DNA of 64,000 bases from an uncultured Actinomycetota bacterium (GCA_963789615.1 CAWBLI010000008.1:832197-896196), one strand, 5' to 3'; positions 44,622 to 53,887 are shown, numbered from the stretch's first letter. Notes: generated from the letters alone by a model not told the origin. Program-made: numbers and translations.

Positions 44622-46427
44622 ATGACGACAACGGTTGCTGACTATCTACTCGAACGACTGCGCGACTGGGATGTCGGGCAGGTCTTCGCCTATCCCGGCG
44701 ATGGCATCAACGGGCTGCTGGCGGCCTGGGGACGCGCGGAGAACAAGCCGCAGTTCGTCCAGTCCCGGCACGAGGAGATGTCGGCGTTTGAGGCGGTGGG
44801 CTTCGCGAAGTTTTCGGGCAAGGTCGGGGTGTGCGCGGCGACGAGCGGGCCCGGCGCGATCCATCTGCTTAACGGCCTGTACGACGCGAAGCTCGACCAC
44901 GTGCCCGTCGTCGCCCTCGTCGGGCAGACCGAGCGCAGCGCGATGGGCGGCTCCTACCAGCAGGAGGTCGACCTGCTGAGCCTGTTCAAGGACGTGTGCA
45001 GCGACTACGTGCAGATGTGCACCGTGCCCAAGCAGCTTCCCAACCTGCTCGACCGCGCGATGCGGGTCGCGGCCTCGGAGCACGCACCCACCTGCCTCAT
45101 CTTCCCCTCCGACGTGTTCGAGCTGCCGTACGAGCCGCCGGGGCACGCGTTCAAGCAGGTTCCGTCGAGCCTCGGCATCACCACCCAGCCCATCGAGGCG
45201 CCGGATCCGGTTGGCCTGCGGGCCGCGGCAGACATCCTCAACGCCGGCGAGAAGGTCGCGATTCTCATCGGCCAGGGTGCTCGCGATGCTGCCAACGAGG
45301 TCGTCGCGGTGGCCGACGCGCTCGGCGCCGGTGTCGCGAAGGCGCTGCTCGGTAAAGACGTGCTGTCCGATGAGCTGCCGTTCGTGACCGGTTCGATCGG
45401 TCTGCTCGGCACCACGGCGAGCTATCTGATGATGCGGGACTGCGACACCCTCCTCACGGTGGGGTCCAACTTTCCCTACACCCAGTTCCTGCCTGAGCTC
45501 GACCAGGCGAAGGCGGTGCAGATCGACCGGGACGGCAAGTGGATCGGGATGCGCTACCCGTACGAGGTCAACCTCATCGGGGACTCGGGGGCGACACTGC
45601 GTGCGCTGCTGCCGCTGCTGACTCGCAAGACCGACCGGTCGTGGCGTGAGGAGATCGAAGGCAACGTCGCGGACTGGTGGCAGACCGCGGAACGCCGGGC
45701 GATGACGAGCGCCGACCCGATCAACCCGATGCGGATCGTGCACGAGCTGTCGGAACGGCTCCCCGAGAACGCGATCGTGGCTGCGGACTCCGGGTCGGCG
45801 CGCGAACTGGTACGCCCGCCACCTGAAGATCCGTGGTCGAGTGCGCGGATCGCTGTCGGGGACGCTGGCGACGATGGGGCCCGGGCGTGCCGTACGTGAT
45901 CGGCGCGAAGTGGGCTCATCCCGACCGGCCGGCCATCGCGCTGGTCGGTGACGGCGCGATGCAGATGAACGGCCTGGCCGAGCTCATCACGATCAAGCAC
46001 TACTGGCAGCAGTGGGCGGACCCTCGGCTCATCGTGGCCATCCTGCACAACAACGACCTCAACCAGGTCACCTGGGAGATGCGGGCGATGGAGGGCTCAC
46101 CGAAGTTCGCCGAGTCCCAGACACTGCCCGACGTCGACTACGCCGGCGTTCGCCCGCAGCCTCGGCCTCGGCGGGATCAATGTCGAGAAGCCCGACGACG
46201 TCGGACCGGCCTGGGAAACCGCGCTCGCCGCGGACCACCCGACGGTGCTCGACATCCGCTGCGACCCGGACGTCCCGCCGATCCCGCCGCACGCCACGTT
46301 CGCGCAGGCCAAGTCGGCCGGACTCGCCGTACTGCACGGCGACGAGGACAGGTGGGGCTTCGTGAAACAGGGTCTCAAGCAGAAGGTGCAGCAGTACCTT
46401 CCCGGCACCAAGGACGACGACCAGTGA
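44622..46427 (+). pseudogene. PoxB-like thiamine-diphosphate pyruvate oxidase/dehydrogenase, three +1 frameshifts
   Basis: MTTTVADYLLERLRDWDVGQVFAYPGDGINGLL... is intact to about 45800. NWYARHLKIRGRVRGSLSGTLATMGPG is then in frame +1, VPYVIGAKWAHPDRPAIALVGDGAMQMNG (TPP-binding GDG motif) in frame +2, and FARSLGLGGINVEKPDDVGPAWE...DDQ* in frame +3. ATG 44622 follows GGGAGAG. Confidence 0.85.
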
Positions 46428-46472
46428 GCCCAGCTCGGAACCCTCACTCGGCGTTCACCGGCGGAGTCAAGC

Positions 46473-46921
46473 GTGATCGGCATCGACCGGCTGATCCGCG
46501 ACGTGCGGACCGGCCGGTTCGAACGGACCCTGGCGGCGCTGACCGCGGCCGGCGCGGTCATCACCGACGGCGGAGATCTACACCTCGCACGACTCGGCGA
46601 GCTTCGGCAACCGGATGATGTGGTGGCCGATCGTCATCATGCCGACCCTCGTGCCGGCCGGGATCGCCGCGGTGTTCTCGCGCCGGGCCGCCAAGACCGT
46701 GCTGCCGATCGCGTCCGCCATCGTCGTCGCGAACGGCCTGCAGGGCACCTACCTGCATGCTCGCGGCATCGCGCAGAAGCCCGGCGGCTGGAAGCTCGCC
46801 GCGTACAACCTCGAGATGGGACCGCCGCTGTTCGCTCCACTGCTCGCCGCACTCGTCGGCGGGATGGGGCTGCTCGCGGCGATACTGCGCCGCGAGGGCG
46901 ACGCCCACGGTCCCGCGCTGA
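46473..46921 (+). pseudogene. small membrane protein of a GMC-dehydrogenase cluster, frameshifted at 46566
   Basis: MIGIDRLIRDVRTGRFERTLAALTAAGAVIT is in frame 0. TAEIYTSHDSASFGNRMMWWPIVIMPTLVPAGIAAVF...LLAAILRRE is in frame +1. The end is uncertain: a TGA at 46919 overlapping ATG 46921 is in yet another frame. Confidence 0.5.
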
Positions 46922-47634
46922 TGCCCTATCGCAGCCCGAACCAACGCGCCGTCACCCCGCAGGGCACAGCGGCCGCTTCCCGGGCTACGACGTGCTGGAC
47001 GAGGTCGACCGGTGGGACGACGTCACCGCCGGGGTCGTGCTCGCCCGGCTGGCGCCGGTCACGGATCTCTCGTTCTTCACGATGGCCGAGGACGCGATCG
47101 CCAGCCCGTTGTGCGATCTGCTGCTGGGCCAGGACAGCGAGCCGAAGGTGCCGGTCGTCGCGCTCATCGACTCCCGGCTGGCCACGGGCGAGACCGACGG
47201 CTGGCACTACGACGACATGCCGGAGGACGGCCAGGCGTGGCGGGACTCGCTGCGTCTACCTCGACGAGGACGCCCAGGACGCCTTCGGGGCGACGTTCGC
47301 CGCACTGACCCGGCCGCGGCAGGCTGCGCTGGTCCAGGCCGTGCAGGACCGCTCGCAGGACTCAGCGGACTGGCACGGGCTGTCCGCAGCGCACGTCTGG
47401 AGTCTGTGGACCCGATACGCCTGCACCGCGTTCTACTCCCATCCGTGGGCGTGGAACGAGATCGGATTCGGCGGCCCGGCGTACCCGCGCGGGTACAAGG
47501 CGCGCCACGTCGGTGGCCGGGAACGCTGGGAGGTCGCCGACCACGACGACGCCGACCCGGTGCCGTTCGCGGACCGGGTAGAACGTGCTCGCCGGCAACA
47601 CGCCGACCTGGTCGAGCGCGAGGAGTCGCAGTGA
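46921..47634 (+). pseudogene. gluconate 2-dehydrogenase subunit-3-family protein, frameshifted
   Basis: GRFPGYDVLDEVDRWDDVTAGVVLARL...WHYDDMPEDGQAWRDSLR is in one frame. YLDEDAQDAFGATFAALTRPRQAALVQAV...FYSHPWAWNEIGFGGPAYPRGY... is in the next; the extra base is c at 47256. The N-terminal start is unresolved. The stop overlaps the GMC start (GTGA). Confidence 0.6.
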
Positions 47635-49301
47635 GCCGGGGGCCTCTTGCCAGCGACACCGAGGTCCGTGCGCGCAACGATTCCGCCTGGCTGATCCCGA
47701 ACGACGGGTCGCGCACCAACCACCAGCTCCGCCAGGACATGCGCCGCTTCGACGACGACGACGAGGTCGACCTCGTCGTCGTCGGGGCCGGTGCCGGTGG
47801 CAGCGTGCTCACCCAACGGCTGGCGCGGGCCGGTTGGCGGGTCGTGACGCTCGACGCCGGCCCGTTCTGGGACCCGGACGCCGACTGGGTCAGCGACGAG
47901 CGCGGTTCCCACCGGTTGTACTGGACCGAGCCACGTGTCATCTGCGGCAGCGACCCGGTGCCGATGGGATCGAACAACTCCGGTCGCGGCGTCGGCGGGT
48001 CGATGGTCCACTACGCCGGCTACGTCCCACGCTTCCACCCGTCGGACTTCCACATCCACTCGGCGGACGGCGTCGGCGCGGACTGGCCGATCCGCTACGA
48101 CCAGCTCAAGGGCTATTACGAACAGATCGAAGCAGAGCTCCCAGTCGCGGGCGAGGACTGGCCGTGGGGCGACCCTCACCGTTACCCGCAACATGCCCAT
48201 CCGGTCGGCGGGAACGGCGAGGTGTTTCTCCGCGGCGCCCAGAAGCTCGGGATCCCGGCGCGGGTCGGACCGGTCGCGATCACCAATGGCCGGTTCGGAA
48301 ACCGGCCGCACTGCATCTACCGCGGCTTCTGCCTGCAGGGCTGCAAGGTCAATGCCAAGGCCAGCCCGCTCATCACTCACATTCCCGACGCGCTCGCGCA
48401 CGGCGCGGAAGTCCGAGCCCACTGCCACGTCTCACGGGTGCTCGTCGACGAGCGGACTGGCCTCGCCACGGGTGTGACCTACCTCCGCGACGGTGTCGAG
48501 CACCGGCAGCGGGCCCGGATGGTCGCTGTCGCCGGCTACTCGATCGAGACGCCTCGGCTCCTGCTGCTGTCGACATCGAAACGGTTCCCCGACGGACTCG
48601 GCAACGACCACGACCAGGTCGGGCGCTACCTCATGGTCCAGGGAGCGCCGCAGACAGCTGGACGGTTCGACGACGAGGTCCGGATGTACAAGGCACCACC
48701 CCCGGAAGTGAGCACCGAGCACTACTACGAGACCGATCCGACCAAGCCCTACAAGCGGGGCTGGTCGATCCAGACCGTCAGCCCGCTTCCAATCACGTGG
48801 GCCGAGCACGTGGCAGCCCAGGGGCATTGGGGTGAGACCCTCCGGGAATACATGCGGGACTACGTCCACTGGTCGTGTCTCGGTGCGTTGTGCGAGTTCC
48901 TCCCGCAGCCGGACAACCGAGTGACGCTCGCCGAGGAGACCGACCGTCACGGCCTGCCGGTCGCGAGCTTCGCCTACAGCCAGTGCGACAACGACAACCA
49001 GCTGATGAAAGCCGCGCAGTCGGTGATGGAGGACCTACTCCACGCGGCCGGCGCCGACGAGGTCATCACGATTAACCGGGTCGCTCACCTGGTCGGCGGC
49101 GCTCGAATGGCCGACCGACCCGAAAACGGTGTCGTCGACGCCCAGCAGAAGGTGTTCGGCGTCGACAACCTCTACCTCAGCGACGGCAGCGTGCTCCCTA
49201 CTCAGGGCTCCGCCAACCCGGCACTGACGATCATGGCGCTCGCAGCGCGGCTCGCCGACCACCTGCGCGGTGCGCGACCCACGTCGGGTGATAGCCGATG
49301 A
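47631..49301 (+). CDS. GMC-family FAD-dependent oxidoreductase
   Basis: DLVVVGAGAGGSVLTQRLARAGWRVVTLDAG is the FAD motif. The C-terminal region is GGARM...VVD...V.GVDNLYLSDGSVLPT.G.ANP.LTIMALA. GTG start at 47631. Confidence 0.9.
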   Translation: MSRGPLASDTEVRARNDSAWLIPNDGSRTNHQLRQDMRRFDDDDEVDLVVVGAGAGGSVLTQRLARAGWRVVTLDAGPFWDPDADWVSDERGSHRLYWTEPRVICGSDPVPMGSNNSGRGVGGSMVHYAGYVPRFHPSDFHIHSADGVGADWPIRYDQLKGYYEQIEAELPVAGEDWPWGDPHRYPQHAHPVGGNGEVFLRGAQKLGIPARVGPVAITNGRFGNRPHCIYRGFCLQGCKVNAKASPLITHIPDALAHGAEVRAHCHVSRVLVDERTGLATGVTYLRDGVEHRQRARMVAVAGYSIETPRLLLLSTSKRFPDGLGNDHDQVGRYLMVQGAPQTAGRFDDEVRMYKAPPPEVSTEHYYETDPTKPYKRGWSIQTVSPLPITWAEHVAAQGHWGETLREYMRDYVHWSCLGALCEFLPQPDNRVTLAEETDRHGLPVASFAYSQCDNDNQLMKAAQSVMEDLLHAAGADEVITINRVAHLVGGARMADRPENGVVDAQQKVFGVDNLYLSDGSVLPTQGSANPALTIMALAARLADHLRGARPTSGDSR

Positions 49302-50395
49302 TCGCCGCCGGCGCGATGCTGACCGCGCTGCGCGCGGAGGTGTATGAGTTCCCGACCCCGGAACCGGAAAGCGACGGCACGCTGACGTGGACGTCGACGA
49401 CCGCGGTCGTCGTGCACGCCGAAGCGGGCGGGGAGCAGGGACTCGGCTGGACGTACAGCAGTCCGGCCGCGAAGTCCGTCATCGACGCCCAGCTCACGGA
49501 CGCCGTATCGGGACGCGACGCGTTCGACGTCCCCGGCTCGTGGGAGGCCATGATCCGAGCCTGCCGGAACCTCGGCCGGCCCGGCATCGTGTCCGCTGCA
49601 ATCGCGGCCGTCGATATCGCGCTGTGGGATCTGAAGGCGCGACTGCTCGGTGTGGCGCTGCACGACCTGTTCGGTCGCGCGCAGGACAGCGTCCCGGTGT
49701 ACGGCAGTGGTGGGTTCACCAGCATGACCGACGACCAGCTCCGCGAGCAGGTCGCCGGGTGGCTTCACGCGGGCTGCACCGCCGTAAAGATCAAGGTGGG
49801 GGAAAACTGGGGGTCGAACGTTACCCGTGACCTGCATCGGGTCGCACTGCTCAAGACGCTCATCCCGGACACCACGACTGTCATGGTCGATGCGAACGGC
49901 GGCTACACCCCTGGGCAGGCGGCGCGGATAGGGGCGACGTTCGACACGCTGGGCGTCACCTGGATCGAGGAGCCGGTCAGCTCCGACGACCTCACGACGC
50001 TTTCCAGGTTGAGAACTCAGCTGCGCGCTGACGTGGCAGCGGGGGAGTACGCCGACTCCGCGCAGTACGTGCAGCGGATGTGCGCGGCTGGCGCGGTGGA
50101 CTGCTTGCAGGTCGACGTGACCCGTTGCGGCGGGTACACCGAGTGGCTGCGCTGCGCCGGCATCGCCGCGTCGTACGGATTGCAGATCAGCGGGCACTGC
50201 GCTCCGTCGCTGCACGCTCCGGTGGCGGCGGCGGTGCCGAACCTGCGGCATGTCGAATGGTTCGCTGACCACGTCCGTCTCGAGCCGCTGCTCGTCGACG
50301 GGGTGCCGCGTGTACGCCGCGGCGCGCTGCAGTTGAACGCCGGGCCGGGTCACGGCATGCGTCTCGCCGCGACCGCTGGGGACTACCGAATCTGA
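49298..50395 (+). CDS. enolase-superfamily enzyme (mandelate racemase / muconate lactonising enzyme family)
   Basis: AIAAVDIALWDLKARLLG, KIKVG, VMVDANGGY, IEEPV and a late QVDV..CGG pattern are present. The ATG overlaps the GMC stop (ATGA). Confidence 0.9.
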   Translation: MIAAGAMLTALRAEVYEFPTPEPESDGTLTWTSTTAVVVHAEAGGEQGLGWTYSSPAAKSVIDAQLTDAVSGRDAFDVPGSWEAMIRACRNLGRPGIVSAAIAAVDIALWDLKARLLGVALHDLFGRAQDSVPVYGSGGFTSMTDDQLREQVAGWLHAGCTAVKIKVGENWGSNVTRDLHRVALLKTLIPDTTTVMVDANGGYTPGQAARIGATFDTLGVTWIEEPVSSDDLTTLSRLRTQLRADVAAGEYADSAQYVQRMCAAGAVDCLQVDVTRCGGYTEWLRCAGIAASYGLQISGHCAPSLHAPVAAAVPNLRHVEWFADHVRLEPLLVDGVPRVRRGALQLNAGPGHGMRLAATAGDYRI

Positions 50396-50748
50396 TCAGC
50401 GAGCAGGTCAAAAGAGTTCCCCGCACACAGAGGGTCGCTGAAAGCGTCACAGGCCTTCGCGCCCTCCTCGTGCCAAGGTAACCATCGAAGTTGTGAAGGA
50501 ACCGCCTTTTTGTGTATGCGGTTGCGGGTATCGCGTAGCCAACCTCCGCCACCGTCCCTCACGAAACGGTGCCAAGGTTCCGCGAGGTCACGCAGCGCCC
50601 TGACCTGCGGTGCTGCGGGGACGGCAGGACGACACTGCTCGACCTGATCAGCTTCCGGGGTGGGCCTGTGGTCAAACGTGGTCAAGATCAACACCGAGGC
50701 AGTCTGCTCGGCGACCGAGAACTGCCTCTGGACTGCGATTTCACTGAG

Positions 50749-50812
50749 TGCGCCCGGCAGGATTCGAACCTGGCTACCGCCTCCGGAGGGCGATGCTGCG
50801 CCAGGCAGCGGC
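50749..50812 (-). pseudogene. tRNA-Arg(CCG)-like fragment (D-arm to 3-prime end; acceptor stem cannot pair)
   Basis: The minus strand reads GCTG-CCTGGCG-CAGC A TCGCC-CTCCGGA-GGCGG ...CCAGG-TTCGAAT-CCTGC-CGGGCGC-A. The anticodon loop carries CCG and the T-loop is canonical. There is no complementary 5-prime acceptor strand, and positions 49:65 mismatch. Confidence 0.45.
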
Positions 50813-50926
50813 GGTGCAAAGGCGATTGGCGATGAAGTCGGCCTGCTCGCTCAAGTCATATGGCGACCGCGGCACCCGCTTGCCGAAACCGTTGTGGGCA
50901 GCTGATTGGGAGTTGGTCCGGCGGCT

Positions 50927-51129
50927 GTTGATGGCTGAAGGCTCGAGACGTCAGAAGTGTTTGCGCTGATCAGAGCCTCACAACCTTCGACGAGGCAGGT
51001 GCACAGTGCCTGGAGTGTTCACGGTGAACCCAGGCTGAACTCATGATCTTGGTCCAGCGAGGACTTGCCTGTCCTCAAATCGTGACCCGGCGGCATCCTC
51101 TTCTTGAACCAGTCAAACGAGCGATAGCC
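50927..51129. repeat. intergenic repeat B3 (~200 bp), homologous to 40691-40907
   Basis: See B2. It contains the hairpin gcctgg-agt-gttca-cgg-tgaac-ccaggc at 51008-51035. Confidence 0.7.
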
Positions 51130-51172
51130 CCGCTGGTGACCAGACGGTTGCGTTGGAGGTTCGGCTCGAAAC

Positions 51173-51670
51173 TTACGTGTGACGAGTCGGGGACTTGCTC
51201 TGCGTTATCTCGGCCAGGCGATCGAGGGTGCTTTCCATGCCGGCGCGAAGGTCGGTGCGGCGGTCCTTCAGGCCGTACAGGGTGTCGATGATGAACCAGC
51301 CGATGATGGTCAGTTCCTTGGTCACGGCGTAGGACTCGGTTACGCGAGTGCCGGTGCCTTCTGGTTCGAAGCGGTAGCGCCACTCGACGGTCCCGGCGAA
51401 TGCCTCTGTGCGCGCGAACGCGAACTCCCGGCCGGGGTCGGCCGTGACGACGATCGGCTTGTTGGGCCAGTTCGGGCCTCGTCCGGCGTGGTTGATTGCT
51501 TTGAATCGGGCCCCGACCTGGGGACCGGTAGCGCCGTTGATCCATGTGCACGAGACGATCTCTGGTGAGGTCTCCGGCTGGCGGGTGACATCGGAGACGA
51601 TGTCGTAGAGGTCGTCTGGGGATGCCTCGATGTAGCGGCTGACGCTGTCGGTCGTGAGTTCCTGACGCAT
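51173..51670 (-). CDS. SRPBCC (polyketide cyclase/dehydrase-like) family protein
   Basis: SRYIEASPDDLYDIVSDVTRQPETSPE...EWRYRFEPEGTGTRVTESY. Start at ATG 51670. A paralog lies at 56992-57462. Confidence 0.8.
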   Translation of the reverse strand: MRQELTTDSVSRYIEASPDDLYDIVSDVTRQPETSPEIVSCTWINGATGPQVGARFKAINHAGRGPNWPNKPIVVTADPGREFAFARTEAFAGTVEWRYRFEPEGTGTRVTESYAVTKELTIIGWFIIDTLYGLKDRRTDLRAGMESTLDRLAEITQSKSPTRHT

Positions 51671-51677
51671 GACGGCC

Positions 51678-51977
51678 TCACACTGCCGCGCGGGTAGCGA
51701 CGCTGGAAAAGAGATCATGCATCGGGGTGACGACCATGTCCGGCTGTCCGGCCATCCCGACCTGCGCGACCGCCGGCATGATGCGAGTCTGCACGAAAGT
51801 CATGAACTGCTCCTCGGAATCCCAGATGTCGAGCATCCGCAGGATGTCGCCCTCGAAGGACGCGACATGGAACGTCATCCCGGCTGGAACGTCAACGTCC
51901 CAGCCGACGATCTCGCGGATCTGGTCGTACTGGGCCGGGGTAACCGCATCCCACCGCTGCGTGATGACTGTGGACAT
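51678..51977 (-). CDS. small dimeric alpha/beta-barrel-like (ABM-like) hypothetical protein
   Basis: 99 aa, with ATG 51977 preceded by AGGAGGCATCACC. Product: MSTVITQRWDAVTPAQYDQIREIVGWDVDVPAGMTFHVASFEGDILRMLDIWDSEEQF... Confidence 0.6.
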   Translation of the reverse strand: MSTVITQRWDAVTPAQYDQIREIVGWDVDVPAGMTFHVASFEGDILRMLDIWDSEEQFMTFVQTRIMPAVAQVGMAGQPDMVVTPMHDLFSSVATRAAV

Positions 51978-52047
51978 GGTGATGCCTCCTTGAGTGGATG
52001 GTGTTGGTATTGGTGTCGATGGTTCGGTTGGGCAAAGTGCAACGAGG

Positions 52048-52677
52048 TCAGACTGGTCGTGTCTTTCGGCGCGTTCGCGGCGGATCACCGGTCTTGACTC
52101 GCCGCCGCACGTCAGCGAGGAACATCTCAACGGTCCGGTCGGCCAGGCGAACCCAGCGAGTGCCGCCTGGGTCGTTCGCGACCTGTTGGTGAGCCAGCCC
52201 AGTGACGATCGCGGTGAACACGTCGATGTCGGCAGAGTCGTGTACGCCGGCCCGCCTGACCAGGCCACTGCCGAACTCGTAGAACTCCATCGCCACGGCG
52301 AACGATTCGGGTGATGGTTCGAAGCCAGGGATCGTTCGCTGCAGCAGCAGTTGGTGTCGCACAACATTGTCGCTGGAGAACTGCACGCACTCACCGACGA
52401 ACTGCGCCAACGCCTCGTGTGGGTCGGTCGGATACTCGTGGCGCACCGAGTCGAGGAACTGCCGCCATCCGTCGGCGAACATCGCGTCGTACAGATCTAG
52501 CTTCGAGTCGAAGTAGACGTACAACGACGGTTGGCGCAGACCCACGGCGTCGCCCAGATCGCGCAACGAGAGGGCCGCGAGCCCGTCGCGGCGGGCCAGC
52601 GTCCAGGCCGCCTCGAGGATCACCGCCAGTTTCGCCCCGCGGCGTTGTTGGCGGCGGTCAGGTGCTGGTGTCGTCAC
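52048..52677 (-). CDS. TetR/AcrR family transcriptional regulator
   Basis: The N-terminal HTH is ILEAAWTLARRDGLAALSLRDLGDAVGLRQPSLYVYFDSKLDLY. Confidence 0.9.
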   Translation of the reverse strand: MTTPAPDRRQQRRGAKLAVILEAAWTLARRDGLAALSLRDLGDAVGLRQPSLYVYFDSKLDLYDAMFADGWRQFLDSVRHEYPTDPHEALAQFVGECVQFSSDNVVRHQLLLQRTIPGFEPSPESFAVAMEFYEFGSGLVRRAGVHDSADIDVFTAIVTGLAHQQVANDPGGTRWVRLADRTVEMFLADVRRRVKTGDPPRTRRKTRPV

Positions 52678-52698
52678 CGGACCGCCTCCTCAAGTTTT

Positions 52699-52730
52699 CC
52701 TATCGCCTATAGGGAAACTATCGCCGATAG
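52699..52730. promoter_or_regulatory. two tandem palindromic boxes upstream of the TetR gene (candidate operators)
   Basis: cctatcgcctatagg (52699-52713) and ctatcgccgatag (52718-52730; perfect 6-bp arms) lie 20-50 nt upstream of the start at 52677. Confidence 0.4.
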
Positions 52731-52761
52731 GTCACCTCGTCAAGCACGGTCCCTCTGTGGG

Positions 52762-53215
52762 TCACACCTCGGGCTCGCGAGGGCGGCTCCAGCTTGGGCC
52801 AGCGTGACAGTGCGAGTTGATGAACGCCTGCGTCGGCGCTCCGGTGGGTTCGGGGTCGAGGTGCACCAGGCACACCGGCTGCGTGGCGAGCGGGTCATTA
52901 AGGCGCAGGACGCAGGTCGCCAGCTCGCGTGGCACTACGTCCGCCGCGGCACTGCGGGGCACCATCGCTACGCCGATTCCCTGGACCGCGAGGCTGGCGA
53001 TGTCGGCGGGGTTCCGCAGCTCGCAGACCACCATGCAAGGGTCAGGGGTTCGAGTCGCCACAGCTCCACAGAGACTGACCTCTATTGGCCTTACTCGAAC
53101 ACCGCGTCACTCGGCCAGATGAAGGTCGCGCCATGTAGCGCCACCCGTCGCTCGACGGCTCGGCACCGCTACTGCGAGCAACGAATCACCGGCTTGCTCC
53201 AGGCGACCCAGCCAG
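52762..53215 (-). pseudogene. LysR-type regulator relic (parts of the effector domain only)
   Basis: ORF 52762..53061 gives ...ADIASLAVQGIGVAMVPRSAA...PVCLVHLDPEPTGAPTQAFI, like a LysR substrate-domain C-terminus. 53107-53215 gives LLPLVDWLGRLEQ...LLAVAV. The HTH and most of the effector domain are missing. Confidence 0.45.
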
Positions 53216-53818
53216 TCAACGAGTGGCAAGAGCGAGGAGAGTATCGACCGCAGTTTCGAACGGACGGCTACTCCGTTGTACCTGGGCGAGTAGAAGTCCT
53301 CCTTGAAGCGTGGCGAGCAGAGTAACGGCGAGGTCGTCCGGGTCGATGTCGGACGGGAGCTTCCCCTCGGCATGGAGGGATCTGAGTCCATCGCCGATGG
53401 CGGTTAACCACTGCTCGAACGCGGCCGCGATGAGCGCTCGGGCCTCCGGGTCACTCTCGGCGAGTTGACCAACGAGCGAGCCAAGTTGGCAGCCCCCCTT
53501 TGCTTTGGTGCGTCTCGCTGCGGCGATCACCATGTTCCGCCAGGCTTCGACTCCGTTCGCGCCGCTGAGCGCGTGCCGATTGCGATTGACGATGTTGTCG
53601 GCTTGGTAGTCGATGACCGCCTGCACGAGTTCGTTCTTGTCGGGGAAGTAGTGGTACATCTGAGAGCCGCTCACTTCCGCCGCCACCTTGACGTCTTCCA
53701 AGGTGGTGCCCGTCACCCCTCGCTCATGGATCAGGGCGGCGGCCTCCTCCACTATTCGTGCCCGGGTGCGCAACCCCTTGGAGGTGAGCCTCGGCCGGTC
53801 GGTTGTCTCGTCGTTCAT
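53216..53818 (-). CDS. TetR/AcrR family transcriptional regulator
   Basis: The HTH is IVEEAAALIHERGVTGTTLEDVKVAAEVSGSQMYHYFPDKNELV. Confidence 0.9.
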   Translation of the reverse strand: MNDETTDRPRLTSKGLRTRARIVEEAAALIHERGVTGTTLEDVKVAAEVSGSQMYHYFPDKNELVQAVIDYQADNIVNRNRHALSGANGVEAWRNMVIAAARRTKAKGGCQLGSLVGQLAESDPEARALIAAAFEQWLTAIGDGLRSLHAEGKLPSDIDPDDLAVTLLATLQGGLLLAQVQRSSRPFETAVDTLLALATR

Positions 53819-53871
53819 GCACTCATATTACCAGATTTTGAGTTTGACAACCCATTCCAGGAGGGTCATAG

Positions 53872-53887
53872 TGAGTCGTGCAACTCA
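53872..53887. promoter_or_regulatory. palindrome TGAGT-N6-ACTCA in the TetR/SDR divergent region
   Basis: tgagtcgtgcaactca lies 27-42 nt upstream of the SDR ATG. A related ACTCA-N13-TGAGT lies at 53821-53843. Confidence 0.3.

Noticed and set aside
46473-49301. A 942-aa ORF that could be read as one giant fusion protein.
   Set aside because: Only its last 556 codons (from GTG 47631) look like a GMC oxidoreductase. The upstream part alternates between protein-like and Arg-rich nonsense segments. It is better explained as three adjacent genes that happen to share a frame after indels.
50396-50748. A search for an integrase or transposase remnant next to the tRNA-Arg-like fragment, including the 103-aa ORF 50383..50694-.
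   Set aside because: None of the three minus-strand frames shows tyrosine- or serine-recombinase or DDE motifs that I can recognise. The content of this region remains unknown.
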